Notes under the pieces: model-generated
Databases searched by the model: none
Told to the model about the DNA's origin: nothing
Seen by the model: only the letters and a program-made list of their open reading frames with translations
Assembly: GCA_965242865.1 (NCBI GenBank)
Contig: CBDETK010000013.1
Span: 448,001-512,000 of the forward strand
Length of the DNA: 64,000 nt
Direction of reading: 5' to 3'
Source: Candidatus Latescibacterota bacterium
Lineage (GTDB): Bacteria > Latescibacterota > UBA2968 > UBA8231
Made by a program: the position numbers and the translations under genes
Shown: positions 31,985-40,963 of the stretch, one piece after another
Layout of the letters: the number at the start of each line of letters is the position of its first letter
How positions within the stretch are numbered: the first letter of the stretch is position 1

Positions 31985-33297
31985 AAGAATCGGAGCGGCC
32001 AAAGCAGACCCGATTCAAGCGGCTTGCCGTAGCCTTGGGCGCGGTGGCTCTTTTGATGTGGGGCATCATGTATGTTGGATCCCTGCTCACATCGGGCGAG
32101 GGGGGCAACGCCCAAGACACCGAGGGCTGGACGCCGCTGCACGAAGCGGCGTGGGTGGATACCTCGGCACCGGCGATGGTACTGCTGGAAAACAGCACCA
32201 ACGTAAATGCCCAAGGCACTGAGGGCTGGACGCCGCTGCACGAAGCGGCGGCAGCGGATGCTGTGGCGACAGCGACGGTGCTGCTGGAAAACGGTGCCGA
32301 CGTAAACGCCCAAAACCTCAAAGACCGGACGCCGCTGCACGAAGCGGCGGCAGCGGATGCTGTGGCGACAGCGACGGTGCTGCTAGACAACGGAGCCGAC
32401 GTAAACGCCCAAGACTACACGGACCATACGCCGCTGCACGGAGCGGCGCGGACGGATGCTGTGGCGACGGCGACGGTGCTGCTGGAAAACGGTGCCGACG
32501 TAAACGCCCAAAACCTCAAAGACCGGACGCCGCTGCACCTAGCGGCGATAAAGGATGCTGTGGCGATGGCGGCGGTGCTGCTGGAAAACGGCGCCAACGT
32601 AAATGCCCAAGACCTCAAAGACCGGACGCCGCTGCACCTAGCGGCGATAAAGGATGCTGTGGCGATGGCGGCGGTGCTGCTGGAAAACGGCGCCAACGTC
32701 AACGCCCAAGCCAATAGGGACCAGACGCCGCTACACGAAGCGGCGCGGATGGATGCGGCGGCGGCGGCGGTGCTGCTGTTGGACAACGGTGCCGACGTAA
32801 ATGCCCAAGACCACACGGACCAGACGCCGCTGCACGAAGCGGCACCAGCGGATGCTGTGGAGGCAACGGCGGTGCTGTTGGACAACGGTGCCGACGTAAA
32901 TGCCCAAGACCACACGGACCGGACGCCCCTGTACCACGCGGCGGCAGCGGATGCTGTGGCGGCGGCGGCGGTGCTGCTGGAAAACGGTGCCAACGTCAAC
33001 GCCAAAAACATCAGGGGCCGGACGCCGCTACACGAAGCGGCGCGGACGGATGCTGTGGCGGCGGCGGCGGTGCTGCTGGACAATGATGCCAACGTAAACG
33101 CCCAAGCCAATAGGGACTGGACGCCGCTACACGAAGCGGCGGCAGCGGATGCTGTGGCGGCGGCGATGGTGCTGCTGGAAAACGGTGCCAACGTCAACGC
33201 CCAAGACACCGAGGGCTGGACGCCCCTGCACTGGGCGGAGTTTAAGAATGCGGCGGCGACAGCAGAGGTGTTGCGCCGCTACGGGGGGCGAAAGTGA
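31981..33297 (+). CDS. Membrane-anchored ankyrin repeat protein (12 repeats)
   Basis: Same N-terminal TM as the previous gene; GTGA overlap; 12 TPL motifs. Confidence 0.92.
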   Translation: MKESERPKQTRFKRLAVALGAVALLMWGIMYVGSLLTSGEGGNAQDTEGWTPLHEAAWVDTSAPAMVLLENSTNVNAQGTEGWTPLHEAAAADAVATATVLLENGADVNAQNLKDRTPLHEAAAADAVATATVLLDNGADVNAQDYTDHTPLHGAARTDAVATATVLLENGADVNAQNLKDRTPLHLAAIKDAVAMAAVLLENGANVNAQDLKDRTPLHLAAIKDAVAMAAVLLENGANVNAQANRDQTPLHEAARMDAAAAAVLLLDNGADVNAQDHTDQTPLHEAAPADAVEATAVLLDNGADVNAQDHTDRTPLYHAAAADAVAAAAVLLENGANVNAKNIRGRTPLHEAARTDAVAAAAVLLDNDANVNAQANRDWTPLHEAAAADAVAAAMVLLENGANVNAQDTEGWTPLHWAEFKNAAATAEVLRRYGGRK

Positions 33298-34343
33298 AAG
33301 GAAAACCAATGAAAAGCGTGGAGCAGGATGCGCCACCACAGGAGCAGCCAAAGCAGAGCCAATTTAAGCGGCTTGCCGTAGCCTTGGGCGTGGTTGCTCT
33401 CTTGGTGGGGGGCATCATGTATGTTGGATCCCTTGTAAAAGCCGAAAACACCGAGGGCTGGACGCCCCTGCACTGGGCGGCAGCGACGGATGCGACGACG
33501 GATGCGACGGTGACGGCGGCGGTGCTGCTGGAAAACGGCGCCAACGTCAACGCCAAAAACACCGAGGGCTGGACGCCCCTGCACTGGGCGGCGACGACGG
33601 ATGCTGTGGCGGCGGCGGCGGTGCTGCTGGAAAACGGCGCTGACGTCAACGCCGAAAACACCGAGGGCTGGACGCCCCTGCACTGGGCGGCGGCGGCGGA
33701 TGCGGTGGCAATGGCGGCGGTGCTGCTGGAAAACGGCGCTGACGTAAACGCCAAAAACAACAGGGACCGGACGCCCCTGCACGAAGCGGCGTGGGTGGAT
33801 ACCTCGGCGACAGCGGCGGTGCTGCTGGAAAACGGCGCTGACGTAAACGCCAAAAACATCAGGGGCCGGACGCCGCTACACATGACGGCCCGAAGGGATG
33901 GGGCGGTGACGGCGGTGGTGTTGCTGGAAAACGGCGCCAACGTCAATGCCCAAGACCACACGGACCGGACGCCCCTGCACGAAGCGGCGGTAGCGGATGG
34001 GGCGGCGACAGCGGCGGTGTTGCTGGAAAACGGCGCCAACGTCAACGCCCAAGACCACACGGACCGGACGCCCCTGCACGAAGCGGCGGTAGCGGATGGG
34101 GCGGCGACAGCGGCGGTGTTGCTGGAAAACGGCGCCAACGTCAATGCCCAAGACCACACGGACCGGACGCCCCTGCACGAAGCGGCGGTAGCGGATGGGG
34201 CGGCGACAGCGGCGGTGTTGCTGGAAAACGGCGCCAACGTCAACGCCCAAGACGTCGAGGGCTGGACACCGCTGACCTGGGCGGAGTTTAAGAACGCCGC
34301 GGCGACAGCGGAAGTATTGCGCCGCTACGGGGGGCGAAAGTGA
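33294..34343 (+). CDS. Membrane-anchored ankyrin repeat protein (9 repeats)
   Basis: N-terminal TM, 9 TPL motifs; start GTG 33294 or ATG 33309. Confidence 0.92.
   Translation: MKGKPMKSVEQDAPPQEQPKQSQFKRLAVALGVVALLVGGIMYVGSLVKAENTEGWTPLHWAAATDATTDATVTAAVLLENGANVNAKNTEGWTPLHWAATTDAVAAAAVLLENGADVNAENTEGWTPLHWAAAADAVAMAAVLLENGADVNAKNNRDRTPLHEAAWVDTSATAAVLLENGADVNAKNIRGRTPLHMTARRDGAVTAVVLLENGANVNAQDHTDRTPLHEAAVADGAATAAVLLENGANVNAQDHTDRTPLHEAAVADGAATAAVLLENGANVNAQDHTDRTPLHEAAVADGAATAAVLLENGANVNAQDVEGWTPLTWAEFKNAAATAEVLRRYGGRK
33918..34253 (+). repeat. Near-perfect 99-bp tandem repeat (3+ copies) encoding identical ankyrin repeats
   Basis: VLLENGANVNAQDHTDRTPLHEAAVADGAATAA three times, with near-identical DNA. 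Confidence 0.9.
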
Positions 34344-35188
34344 AAGGAAAACCAATGGAAAGCGTGGAGCAGAATGCGCCACCACAGGAGCAGCCAAAGC
34401 AGAGCCAATTTAAGCGGCTTACCGTAGCCTTAGGCGTGGTTGCTCTCTTGGTGGTGGGCATCGTATATGTTGGATCCCTTGTAAAAGCCCAAGACACCGA
34501 AAACACCGAGACCTGGACGCCCCTGCACTGGGCGGCGCATCAGGATTCTTCTGCAAAGGCGATGGTGCTGCTGGACAGCAGTGCGGACGTCAACGCTCAA
34601 GACCACGAGGACCGGACGCCCCTGCACTACGCAGCGACAGCGGATGCCGTTGCGATGGCCAAGGTGCTGATAGAAAACGGCGCCAACGTAAACGCCAAAA
34701 ACAACTATGATCGGACGCCCCTGCACGAAGCGATATATAAGAATGCCGTTGCGACGGCCAAGGTGCTGATAGAAAACGGCGCCAACGTAAATGTCAAAAG
34801 CGATGTGGACCGGACCCCCCTGCACGAAGCGGCGTGGGTGAATGCCGCAGTGCTGGCGACGGTGCTGCTGGAAAACGGAGCGGAGGTAAATGCCAAAGAT
34901 ATAGAGGGCCAGACGCCCCTGCATTGGGCGGCAATGACGGATGCTACGGCGACAGCGGAGGTGTTGCTAGAGAACGGGGCGGACATAAGCCCCAAAGATA
35001 TAGAGGGGTGGACGCCCCTGCATCGGGCGGCGACGAAGGATGCCTCGGCACTGGCGACGGTACTGCTGGAAAACGGGGCGGAGGTAAACCCTAAAGACAA
35101 CGAGGGGTGGACGCCGCTGACGTGGGCGGAGTTTAAGAGTGCCACGGCGACAGTGGAGGTGTTGAGCCGGTATGGGGGGCAAAAGTAA
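34340..35188 (+). CDS. Membrane-anchored ankyrin repeat protein (7 repeats)
   Basis: N-terminal TM, 7 TPL motifs; start GTG 34340 or ATG 34355. Confidence 0.92.
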   Translation: MKGKPMESVEQNAPPQEQPKQSQFKRLTVALGVVALLVVGIVYVGSLVKAQDTENTETWTPLHWAAHQDSSAKAMVLLDSSADVNAQDHEDRTPLHYAATADAVAMAKVLIENGANVNAKNNYDRTPLHEAIYKNAVATAKVLIENGANVNVKSDVDRTPLHEAAWVNAAVLATVLLENGAEVNAKDIEGQTPLHWAAMTDATATAEVLLENGADISPKDIEGWTPLHRAATKDASALATVLLENGAEVNPKDNEGWTPLTWAEFKSATATVEVLSRYGGQK

Positions 35189-35281
35189 GGGGACGCAGCA
35201 TTGCCGACCATGGCTTGCCCACCGCGGGTTGGCGGCGTAAATGGGCGGAGACCGCGTCGCCCAGCCGAATAGGAGAGGTTT

Positions 35282-35974
35282 ATGAGTGAGGACCAGCAGC
35301 ATCGTTTGGCTCTGCCGCAGGGGACGCGCATTCGGGACTTTGAGTTTCACCGCATCCTCGGCCACGGCGGCTTTGGCATGACCTATTTGGGCTGGAATCT
35401 GGCCTTGGATATTCCGGTGGCGATCAAGGAGTATCTGCCGGGCGACTTGGCTACCCGCGAACAAGACCTGTCCGTCGTCCCGCAGTCGTCGCAGGCCGCG
35501 TCGGACTTTCAATGGGGCTTGGAGCGGTTTCTGGACGAAGCCCGCACACTGGCGCGGTTCCAACATCCCAACATCGTCCGCGTCCATCACTTCTTTGAAG
35601 CGCATAGCACGGCCTATATCGCCATGGATTATGTCGAGGGCGAGACCTTGTCGGCGCATATCGAGCGCAAGGGGTCGCTGAGCGAAACGGAAATCAAAGG
35701 GATTCTGTATCCGCTGCTGAGTGCCTTGGAGGTGGTGCATGGGGCGGATTTTTTGCACCGGGACATCAAGCCGGGGAACATCGTCCTGCGGGATTCGGAT
35801 GGTTCGCCGGTGTTGCTGGACTTTGGGGCGGCGCGGCAGGCGATTGGGGCGAAGAGCCGGTCGGTTACGTCGATTGTGACGCCGGGGTATGCGCCGATTG
35901 AACAGTATTCGAGCCGGGGGCGTCTTGTAGGTATAGGTATGGGGACCATGAGTTTGGGCCTTCTTGCCTGTTGA
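35282..35974 (+). pseudogene. Hanks-type Ser/Thr protein kinase truncated after subdomain VIII
   Basis: LGHGGFGMTY, VAIKE, HRDIKPGN, DFG, GYAPIEQY present; subdomain IX (DxxxxG) and later missing, similarity ends near 35920. Confidence 0.8.
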
Positions 35975-36003
35975 CCGCCAGCCAGAACGTACCCGGAGAA
36001 ATT

Positions 36004-37629
36004 ATGAACAAACAACACCTGTTTTTCGTCGCGTATCTCACAATAGCTTGGCTCCTTTGCACAAGCTCGGTATCGGCGCAAATAGATGTGGATGTCGTCT
36101 CCGAAAGCGTCGTGCGGGTGCGCGCATACCACGATCACAAAGTTGCGGTTGAAGGAAGCGGTTTCGTCGTCGATGAACAGGGATACGTGCTGACGAATGC
36201 CCATCTCATCGCAAAAGCCGAAGGCTTGACCGTATTGTCCCTGAAAACCGGGGCCGAGCTCGTGGCACAACAGGTGTTTGCCAGCCGCGCCATGAATTTG
36301 GCCCTGTTGCACGTACAGGGCTTGAACCTGCCGCCCCTCCGCTTGTCCGGGCAGGGAGCCGCCGTAGGCCGCGCCGTGCAAACGCTGCAATTCGACGCGG
36401 CCGGAAAGATTCGGCTTGCTCGCGGGACGATTGGTGCCTACCAAGACCTCCGCGGCAAAAAAGCAAGCCATCCGGTAGCCCACCTGCTACAACACAACGC
36501 TCTGATAACGGCCCAAGCCTTCGGCATGCCCCTGCTCAACGAATGCGGCGACGTCGTCGCCATCAACCTGCCCGACCCGAGCCGCGGCTCGTGGCCGTTT
36601 CGCAAGGCAAAATCGCACGGAGCCATTTTTGCCCTGCGTAGCGGCGACATAATAGCCGCGCTCAAAGACCGAGAAATCGCCCATACCGTAGTGGAAGCCG
36701 AATGCCTGAGTGCGGTTGAGCGCGCTGAACGCGACAGAAAAGCGACCGCCGACAGCCTCCAAGCGGCCAAGGCGAAAGCTGACTCGGCCAGCCAAGCCGC
36801 AGAAAAGGCGCAAGCCCAGGCCGATGCCGCCAGCCAAGCCGCAAAAAAGGCCAAGGCCAAAGAGAAGGTCGCGCAGCGGGCCAAAGCGCGCGCCGATTCC
36901 GCAGAAAAAGCAGTGGCCGACAGCCTCCAAGCGGCTAGGGCAACCGCCGACAGCCTCAAGAGGGCGCAAGCACGCGCCGATTCCGCGAGTAAGGCAGCAG
37001 CCGACAGCCTCAAGATCGCGAAGGCCAAAGCTGATTCCGCGAGCAAGGCGACCGCCGACAGCCTCAAGGCCGCCCAAGCCCACGCCGACAGCCTCCAAGC
37101 GGTGGAAGCAAAGGCCGCGCAACAGTTGCAGTGGGGCCTTGCTGCGGGCGCGGGGCTGGTGCTGCTCGCCCTGCTCGGTTGGTGGCTTTCCGCGCGGCGC
37201 AAACAGGAGCAATTACAGCAAGCCGAGTCCCGCTTGAGCGAAGCCGAACATTCGGCTGAAGCCGCGCACCAAGCCGCGGCCAATGCCCCGCAACCCGCGC
37301 CTTTTAGATGTCTGTTGGAAGGCCAAGACCCCACGGGCCGGCCATTCGCCTTGACCCTATCGGCCTTGGCCTTGAGCGAGCGGGCCGGGGTGACGCTCGG
37401 AAGAAGCCCGGCCAACGCCGAATTTATCATTGACCACGAAGAGGTTTCCCGCGAACACGTCCGGCTGAGGTGTGCCGACGGCGAACTCTACGCCGAAGAT
37501 TTGAATGCCCTGAATGGCACCAAGGTAAACGGACGCCTGCTCAACCCCCGCCAACAGGTCCTGCTGCAAAACAACGATCGCCTCGAAGTCGGCCCCATCG
37601 TTTTTGTCGTGCGCTTGGTGCAGGAGTGA
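36004..37629 (+). CDS. Signal peptide - inactive trypsin-like domain - Ala-rich coiled coil - TM - FHA protein
   Basis: GSGFVV..G.VLTNAH retained but NLALL (Asp lost) and AQAFGMPLLN (Ser lost); TM WGLAAGAGLVLLALLGWW; FHA LGRS...VSREH...DLNALNGT. Confidence 0.8.
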   Translation: MNKQHLFFVAYLTIAWLLCTSSVSAQIDVDVVSESVVRVRAYHDHKVAVEGSGFVVDEQGYVLTNAHLIAKAEGLTVLSLKTGAELVAQQVFASRAMNLALLHVQGLNLPPLRLSGQGAAVGRAVQTLQFDAAGKIRLARGTIGAYQDLRGKKASHPVAHLLQHNALITAQAFGMPLLNECGDVVAINLPDPSRGSWPFRKAKSHGAIFALRSGDIIAALKDREIAHTVVEAECLSAVERAERDRKATADSLQAAKAKADSASQAAEKAQAQADAASQAAKKAKAKEKVAQRAKARADSAEKAVADSLQAARATADSLKRAQARADSASKAAADSLKIAKAKADSASKATADSLKAAQAHADSLQAVEAKAAQQLQWGLAAGAGLVLLALLGWWLSARRKQEQLQQAESRLSEAEHSAEAAHQAAANAPQPAPFRCLLEGQDPTGRPFALTLSALALSERAGVTLGRSPANAEFIIDHEEVSREHVRLRCADGELYAEDLNALNGTKVNGRLLNPRQQVLLQNNDRLEVGPIVFVVRLVQE

Positions 37630-37632
37630 ACA

Positions 37633-38937
37633 TTGCACCGCTTCAGACGCTGGGGTCTAGTCTTTTTTCTGCTCGTACTACTGCCGCGCTGCGCCGTGGC
37701 CGCGCCCGACTTTGACGCGCTCGAAAAGAGCGTGGTACGCCTCGTCCGGCAGACCGACCAAGGGCTTAGTGCTGGCACGGGATTTGCCATAAACGACCAA
37801 GGCCATATTGCGACCAACGTCCACGTCATCGCCGATGCCCACGCAATCCAAGCCATCCCGACCAACGCCAACGCCCTGCACGACGTGGAAGTAATCGCCA
37901 CGTCCCCAGAACTCGACCTCGCAATCGCCTATATCCCCGACCTAACCCTGCCGCCGCTCACGCTGTCGCTCGCCTCCGCCACAAAAGGGCAGAAGGTATG
38001 GGCCATAGGCTACCCCGGTGGGGCGGACCGCAACAAACTGGCGCACGACCCGACCGTGCAAGACGGCGTCATTGGGCGGATTTTTTCGGGCGCGTGGCAC
38101 ACCCAACAACTCAGAATTATCCAGCACAACGCGCCGACCAACCCGGGCAACAGCGGCGGCCCCCTATTGGACGATTGCAGCCGGGCCATCGGCGTCAATA
38201 CGCAGGCGTCGCTCGTGGTCATTAGCAGCCCGTCGAGCGGGCCGACGCGCGTGCCCCATGCCGCGGGCATTTACTGGTCCTCGCACATCGAGGAGTTGAC
38301 AACCCTGTTGGACGACCACGGCATTGCCTTCCAAGCGGACAGCGACGATTGTGTGGCGGCTGGGGGCACGGGGGGTGCGGGCAGTTCGGGCGCGGCGGAA
38401 AAGGCGCGGCGAGAAGCGGAAAAAGCGCGGCGCGAGGCCGAAGAAGCGAGCGATCGGTTTCTCGTCTGGCTGCTGTTGTTGAGTGGGGTCGCCTTGGTCG
38501 CCTTGGTCGTGGCCTTAAAGAAGCCGCGCCAGTTCGCCCAGCAGACCTTGGAGAAGCCGCGCCAGTTCGCCCAACACATCAGTCGGCGCGTGACCCGAAG
38601 GGAAGGGGCGGTTCGCGGCATCGCGCTGGCTGGTTTTGACGGGCGCGGCCACCGCGTCTGCATTGAGTTGTCGCCCGCCCAATTTGCCGGTCAACGCTTG
38701 GGGCTTTCGCTCGGCCGGCATCCCGAGTTGGTCGATGAAGTCGTAGCGGATGAAAACGTATCCCGACGGCACCTGCGAATCGCAGCTACGGGCGATCAAT
38801 TTTACGTCGAAGATTTGAACTCCAGCAACGGGACGTTTCTGAACGAGCAACGCCTAGTGCCCTTTAAGCCGGCGCGGTTGAATTACGGGGCCACCGTCGC
38901 GTTGGGCAATTTGGTCCTCATGGCGTCCAAACTTTAG
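37633..38937 (+). CDS. Signal peptide - trypsin-like serine protease - TM - FHA protein
   Basis: TNVHV, DLAI, NPGNSGGPLL intact triad; TM FLVWLLLLSGVALVALVVAL; FHA LGRH...VSRRH...DLNSSNGT. Confidence 0.88.
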   Translation: MHRFRRWGLVFFLLVLLPRCAVAAPDFDALEKSVVRLVRQTDQGLSAGTGFAINDQGHIATNVHVIADAHAIQAIPTNANALHDVEVIATSPELDLAIAYIPDLTLPPLTLSLASATKGQKVWAIGYPGGADRNKLAHDPTVQDGVIGRIFSGAWHTQQLRIIQHNAPTNPGNSGGPLLDDCSRAIGVNTQASLVVISSPSSGPTRVPHAAGIYWSSHIEELTTLLDDHGIAFQADSDDCVAAGGTGGAGSSGAAEKARREAEKARREAEEASDRFLVWLLLLSGVALVALVVALKKPRQFAQQTLEKPRQFAQHISRRVTRREGAVRGIALAGFDGRGHRVCIELSPAQFAGQRLGLSLGRHPELVDEVVADENVSRRHLRIAATGDQFYVEDLNSSNGTFLNEQRLVPFKPARLNYGATVALGNLVLMASKL

Positions 38938-38948
38938 GGGTATTGGGC

Positions 38949-39836
38949 GTGAAAAAGCGCAGCCGCGAGCTCAACATCTTTAGCATGTCCGCGCTCGACC
39001 TGTTCGCCTCGGCTCTCGGTGCCTTCATCCTCATTACCATCGTGCTGCTGCCCTTTTTTCCGAATCTAAATCTGTCGGGGCATGAAAAGGCCGAGTTGGA
39101 GCAGGCCAAGGCCGAGTTGGAGCAGGCCAAGGCCGAGCTAGAAAAAGAAAAAGCCAAGCAGGCCAAGCTGGCGAGAGAGAAGGCCAGATTAGAGCGCGAG
39201 AAAGCCGAGCTGGAGCGGGCCAAGGCCAAAGCCCCGAAAACAAAAAGTCAGCTCGAAAAACGGGTGGAGGCTTTGCAACAGGAGATCGACGACACCACCG
39301 TTTTATTGGGCATTAAGACCAAGGCGAAAAAGTTCGCGTTTGTCATAGACATGTCGGGCAGCATTTACCAGCCATCGCACAACGATTATCGCCCGTTCAT
39401 AACATTATCCATCCAAGACATGCTCGCGGCCTTTACGTCGGAAATAGAGGTCTGTCTCATTGGTTTTCAAGGCTCGAATACGTTGCACTATTGGCCGCAA
39501 AGCAGAGGGTACTTTCAGGTAAAAAAGAATACGCGCAATCGCGTGGTCAAACAGGTGGAACGCTGGATGAGCTTGGTGAATGGCGGCACGCCCACGCGCA
39601 CCGCTTTGCTGGCGGCGATTGCATTGCACCCCGAAGAGATCATCCTATTGAGCGATGGCGCTCCCTCAGAGGATTGGAGCATGGTCGTGCGGGCTGTGAC
39701 GGCAGAAAACAGGCGGCGCATACCCATCCACGCCGTAGCCGTTGGTCATTACACGGCAGACCGGAACTTTATTGATTTTTTAGTGCAGCTAACCAAGCGG
39801 AACAAGGGGTATGTCGTGGGAGCTAAACCGGGTTGA
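38949..39836 (+). CDS. Membrane-anchored coiled-coil VWA-domain protein
   Basis: N-terminal TM (SALDLFASALGAFILITIVLL), AELEQAK heptads (21-bp repeat), MIDAS DMSGS...GGT...LLSDG. Confidence 0.85.
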   Translation: MKKRSRELNIFSMSALDLFASALGAFILITIVLLPFFPNLNLSGHEKAELEQAKAELEQAKAELEKEKAKQAKLAREKARLEREKAELERAKAKAPKTKSQLEKRVEALQQEIDDTTVLLGIKTKAKKFAFVIDMSGSIYQPSHNDYRPFITLSIQDMLAAFTSEIEVCLIGFQGSNTLHYWPQSRGYFQVKKNTRNRVVKQVERWMSLVNGGTPTRTALLAAIALHPEEIILLSDGAPSEDWSMVVRAVTAENRRRIPIHAVAVGHYTADRNFIDFLVQLTKRNKGYVVGAKPG

Positions 39837-39849
39837 TATAGCAATCTTT

Positions 39850-40598
39850 CCGCACGGTGCCCCGTCCGCCCCGGATCGAGCGATACCCCTGCTGTCGTCC
39901 ACTGTCGTTCGCCCAAGGGGCGAGGCCGACCCGCGCGGTCACCTTTTTGCCGCTCCACTGGCCTAATTCCGGCAGATACCCCACCAGCGTCGCCGCGGTC
40001 CGCTCGCCGACGCCCGGTACACTCTGGTATAGGGCCGCCGACGCGGCCAGCGAGCCGTTGTTTTTCAACGCCGCCCGGTGGGCTTCCTCCACCTGTGCAA
40101 TCTCTTCGTCGAGCCACTGGAGATGTCGCTCAATGGAGGTGCGGGCCTCTTCGGTCGGCCCTTTGTCCAGCCGCTGGTGCTCCTGCACCCGCTGTTGAAC
40201 CAACGGCTTACGCCGGCGCAGCAGGTCTTGGAGTTCCTCCCGATCGGCTTCCTTGGCCAACGGGCGCGGCATCGGGAAGACCGCCCCATACCGCGCCAGC
40301 ATATCCGGGCGTCCAAAGCGTCGGTCTTGGCCTGGTGACCGGCTGCCCGCACGAAGCGGCGCACGCGATTGGGGTGTGCTACGTGGACCGCCACCCCCAT
40401 GCGCTGCAACCACCGCACCGCCGCCCGCTCATAGCCCCCCGTCGGTTCGCACACCACCTCGGTCGCCCCCTGACGGGTCAACCATGCCCCCAAAACCGCA
40501 AAGCCCGTGGGGGTGTTCTCGAACCGACGCACCGGACCCGCCGACACCGACACGTCCAAACTCCTCTTGCCTACATCCATACCGGCAATGACTTTCAT
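39850..40598 (-). pseudogene. IS110 recombinase, frameshifted and C-terminally truncated
   Basis: GMDVGK, VCEPTG, KTDALDA (DEDD) in one frame; SVPGVG, NDSG..G..SIRGGR in another; extra AT near 40303 (CGG-AT-ATG-CTG). Confidence 0.88.
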
Positions 40599-40624
40599 AC
40601 GAATAGCCTCCTGGTTATAATGAT

Positions 40625-40810
40625 GCTGTCCTCCACACTTGTAATGCGGGCCTTGGGCCCCTGTATCCGTTCGGAGCGACAACAGGATGGCCGGGTGAGG
40701 GGTGTCGTACTCCCGCACGGTGCCGCTGTCCACACGGACCGCGCACCCAATGACGCACGACGCGCCCCTCACCCGGCCCCTCAGAGTGGCCAAGCGGAAA
40801 CCCGGCCGCA
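40625..40810 (-). ncRNA. Putative IS110 bridge RNA
   Basis: 5' hairpin (40788-40807), a large loop closed by a 14-bp perfect stem (40689-40702/40765-40778), and a second loop CTCC...GGAG (40631-40676) with an inner GGGCC hairpin and TACAAG. Confidence 0.7.
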
Positions 40811-40817
40811 ACATACA

Positions 40818-40880
40818 AATGACCCTTAGAGTAGTCAGGCAAGACGAGACAAAAGCAACATGAGTGTTAAGAACGCTTCT
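40818..40880 (+). repeat. Duplicated intergenic segment (copy at 48081-48143)
   Basis: AATGACC.TAGAG..GTCAGGCAAGACGAG.CAAAAGCAA.ATGAGTGTTAAGAACGCTTCT at both sites. Confidence 0.85.
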
Positions 40881-40963
40881 TATGGTTTTGCCAAAGGTTC
40901 AGTGCCATTCTCGCGCTGTCCCTTGGCGTTTACTTTTTCCATTCCCTGAGGAGGTTACTAATC

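Larger units (their letters stand above)
39850..40817 (-). mobile_element. Decayed IS110-family element (left end intact, right end lost)
   Basis: DEDD recombinase remnant plus a structured upstream non-coding end that terminates TT|TGTATG at 40819-40812. Confidence 0.85.

Noticed and set aside
31055-35188. Diversity-generating retroelement or CRISPR explanation for the repeats
   Set aside because: Repeats are in-frame coding units; no reverse transcriptase, adenine-specific TR/VR pair, spacers or cas genes
36438-37430. 330-aa minus-strand Ala-rich ORF
   Set aside because: Antisense of the repetitive coiled-coil stalk
40290-40320. Programmed frameshift in the IS110 gene
   Set aside because: No slippery heptamer; a 2-bp AT duplication explains it, and the gene is also truncated
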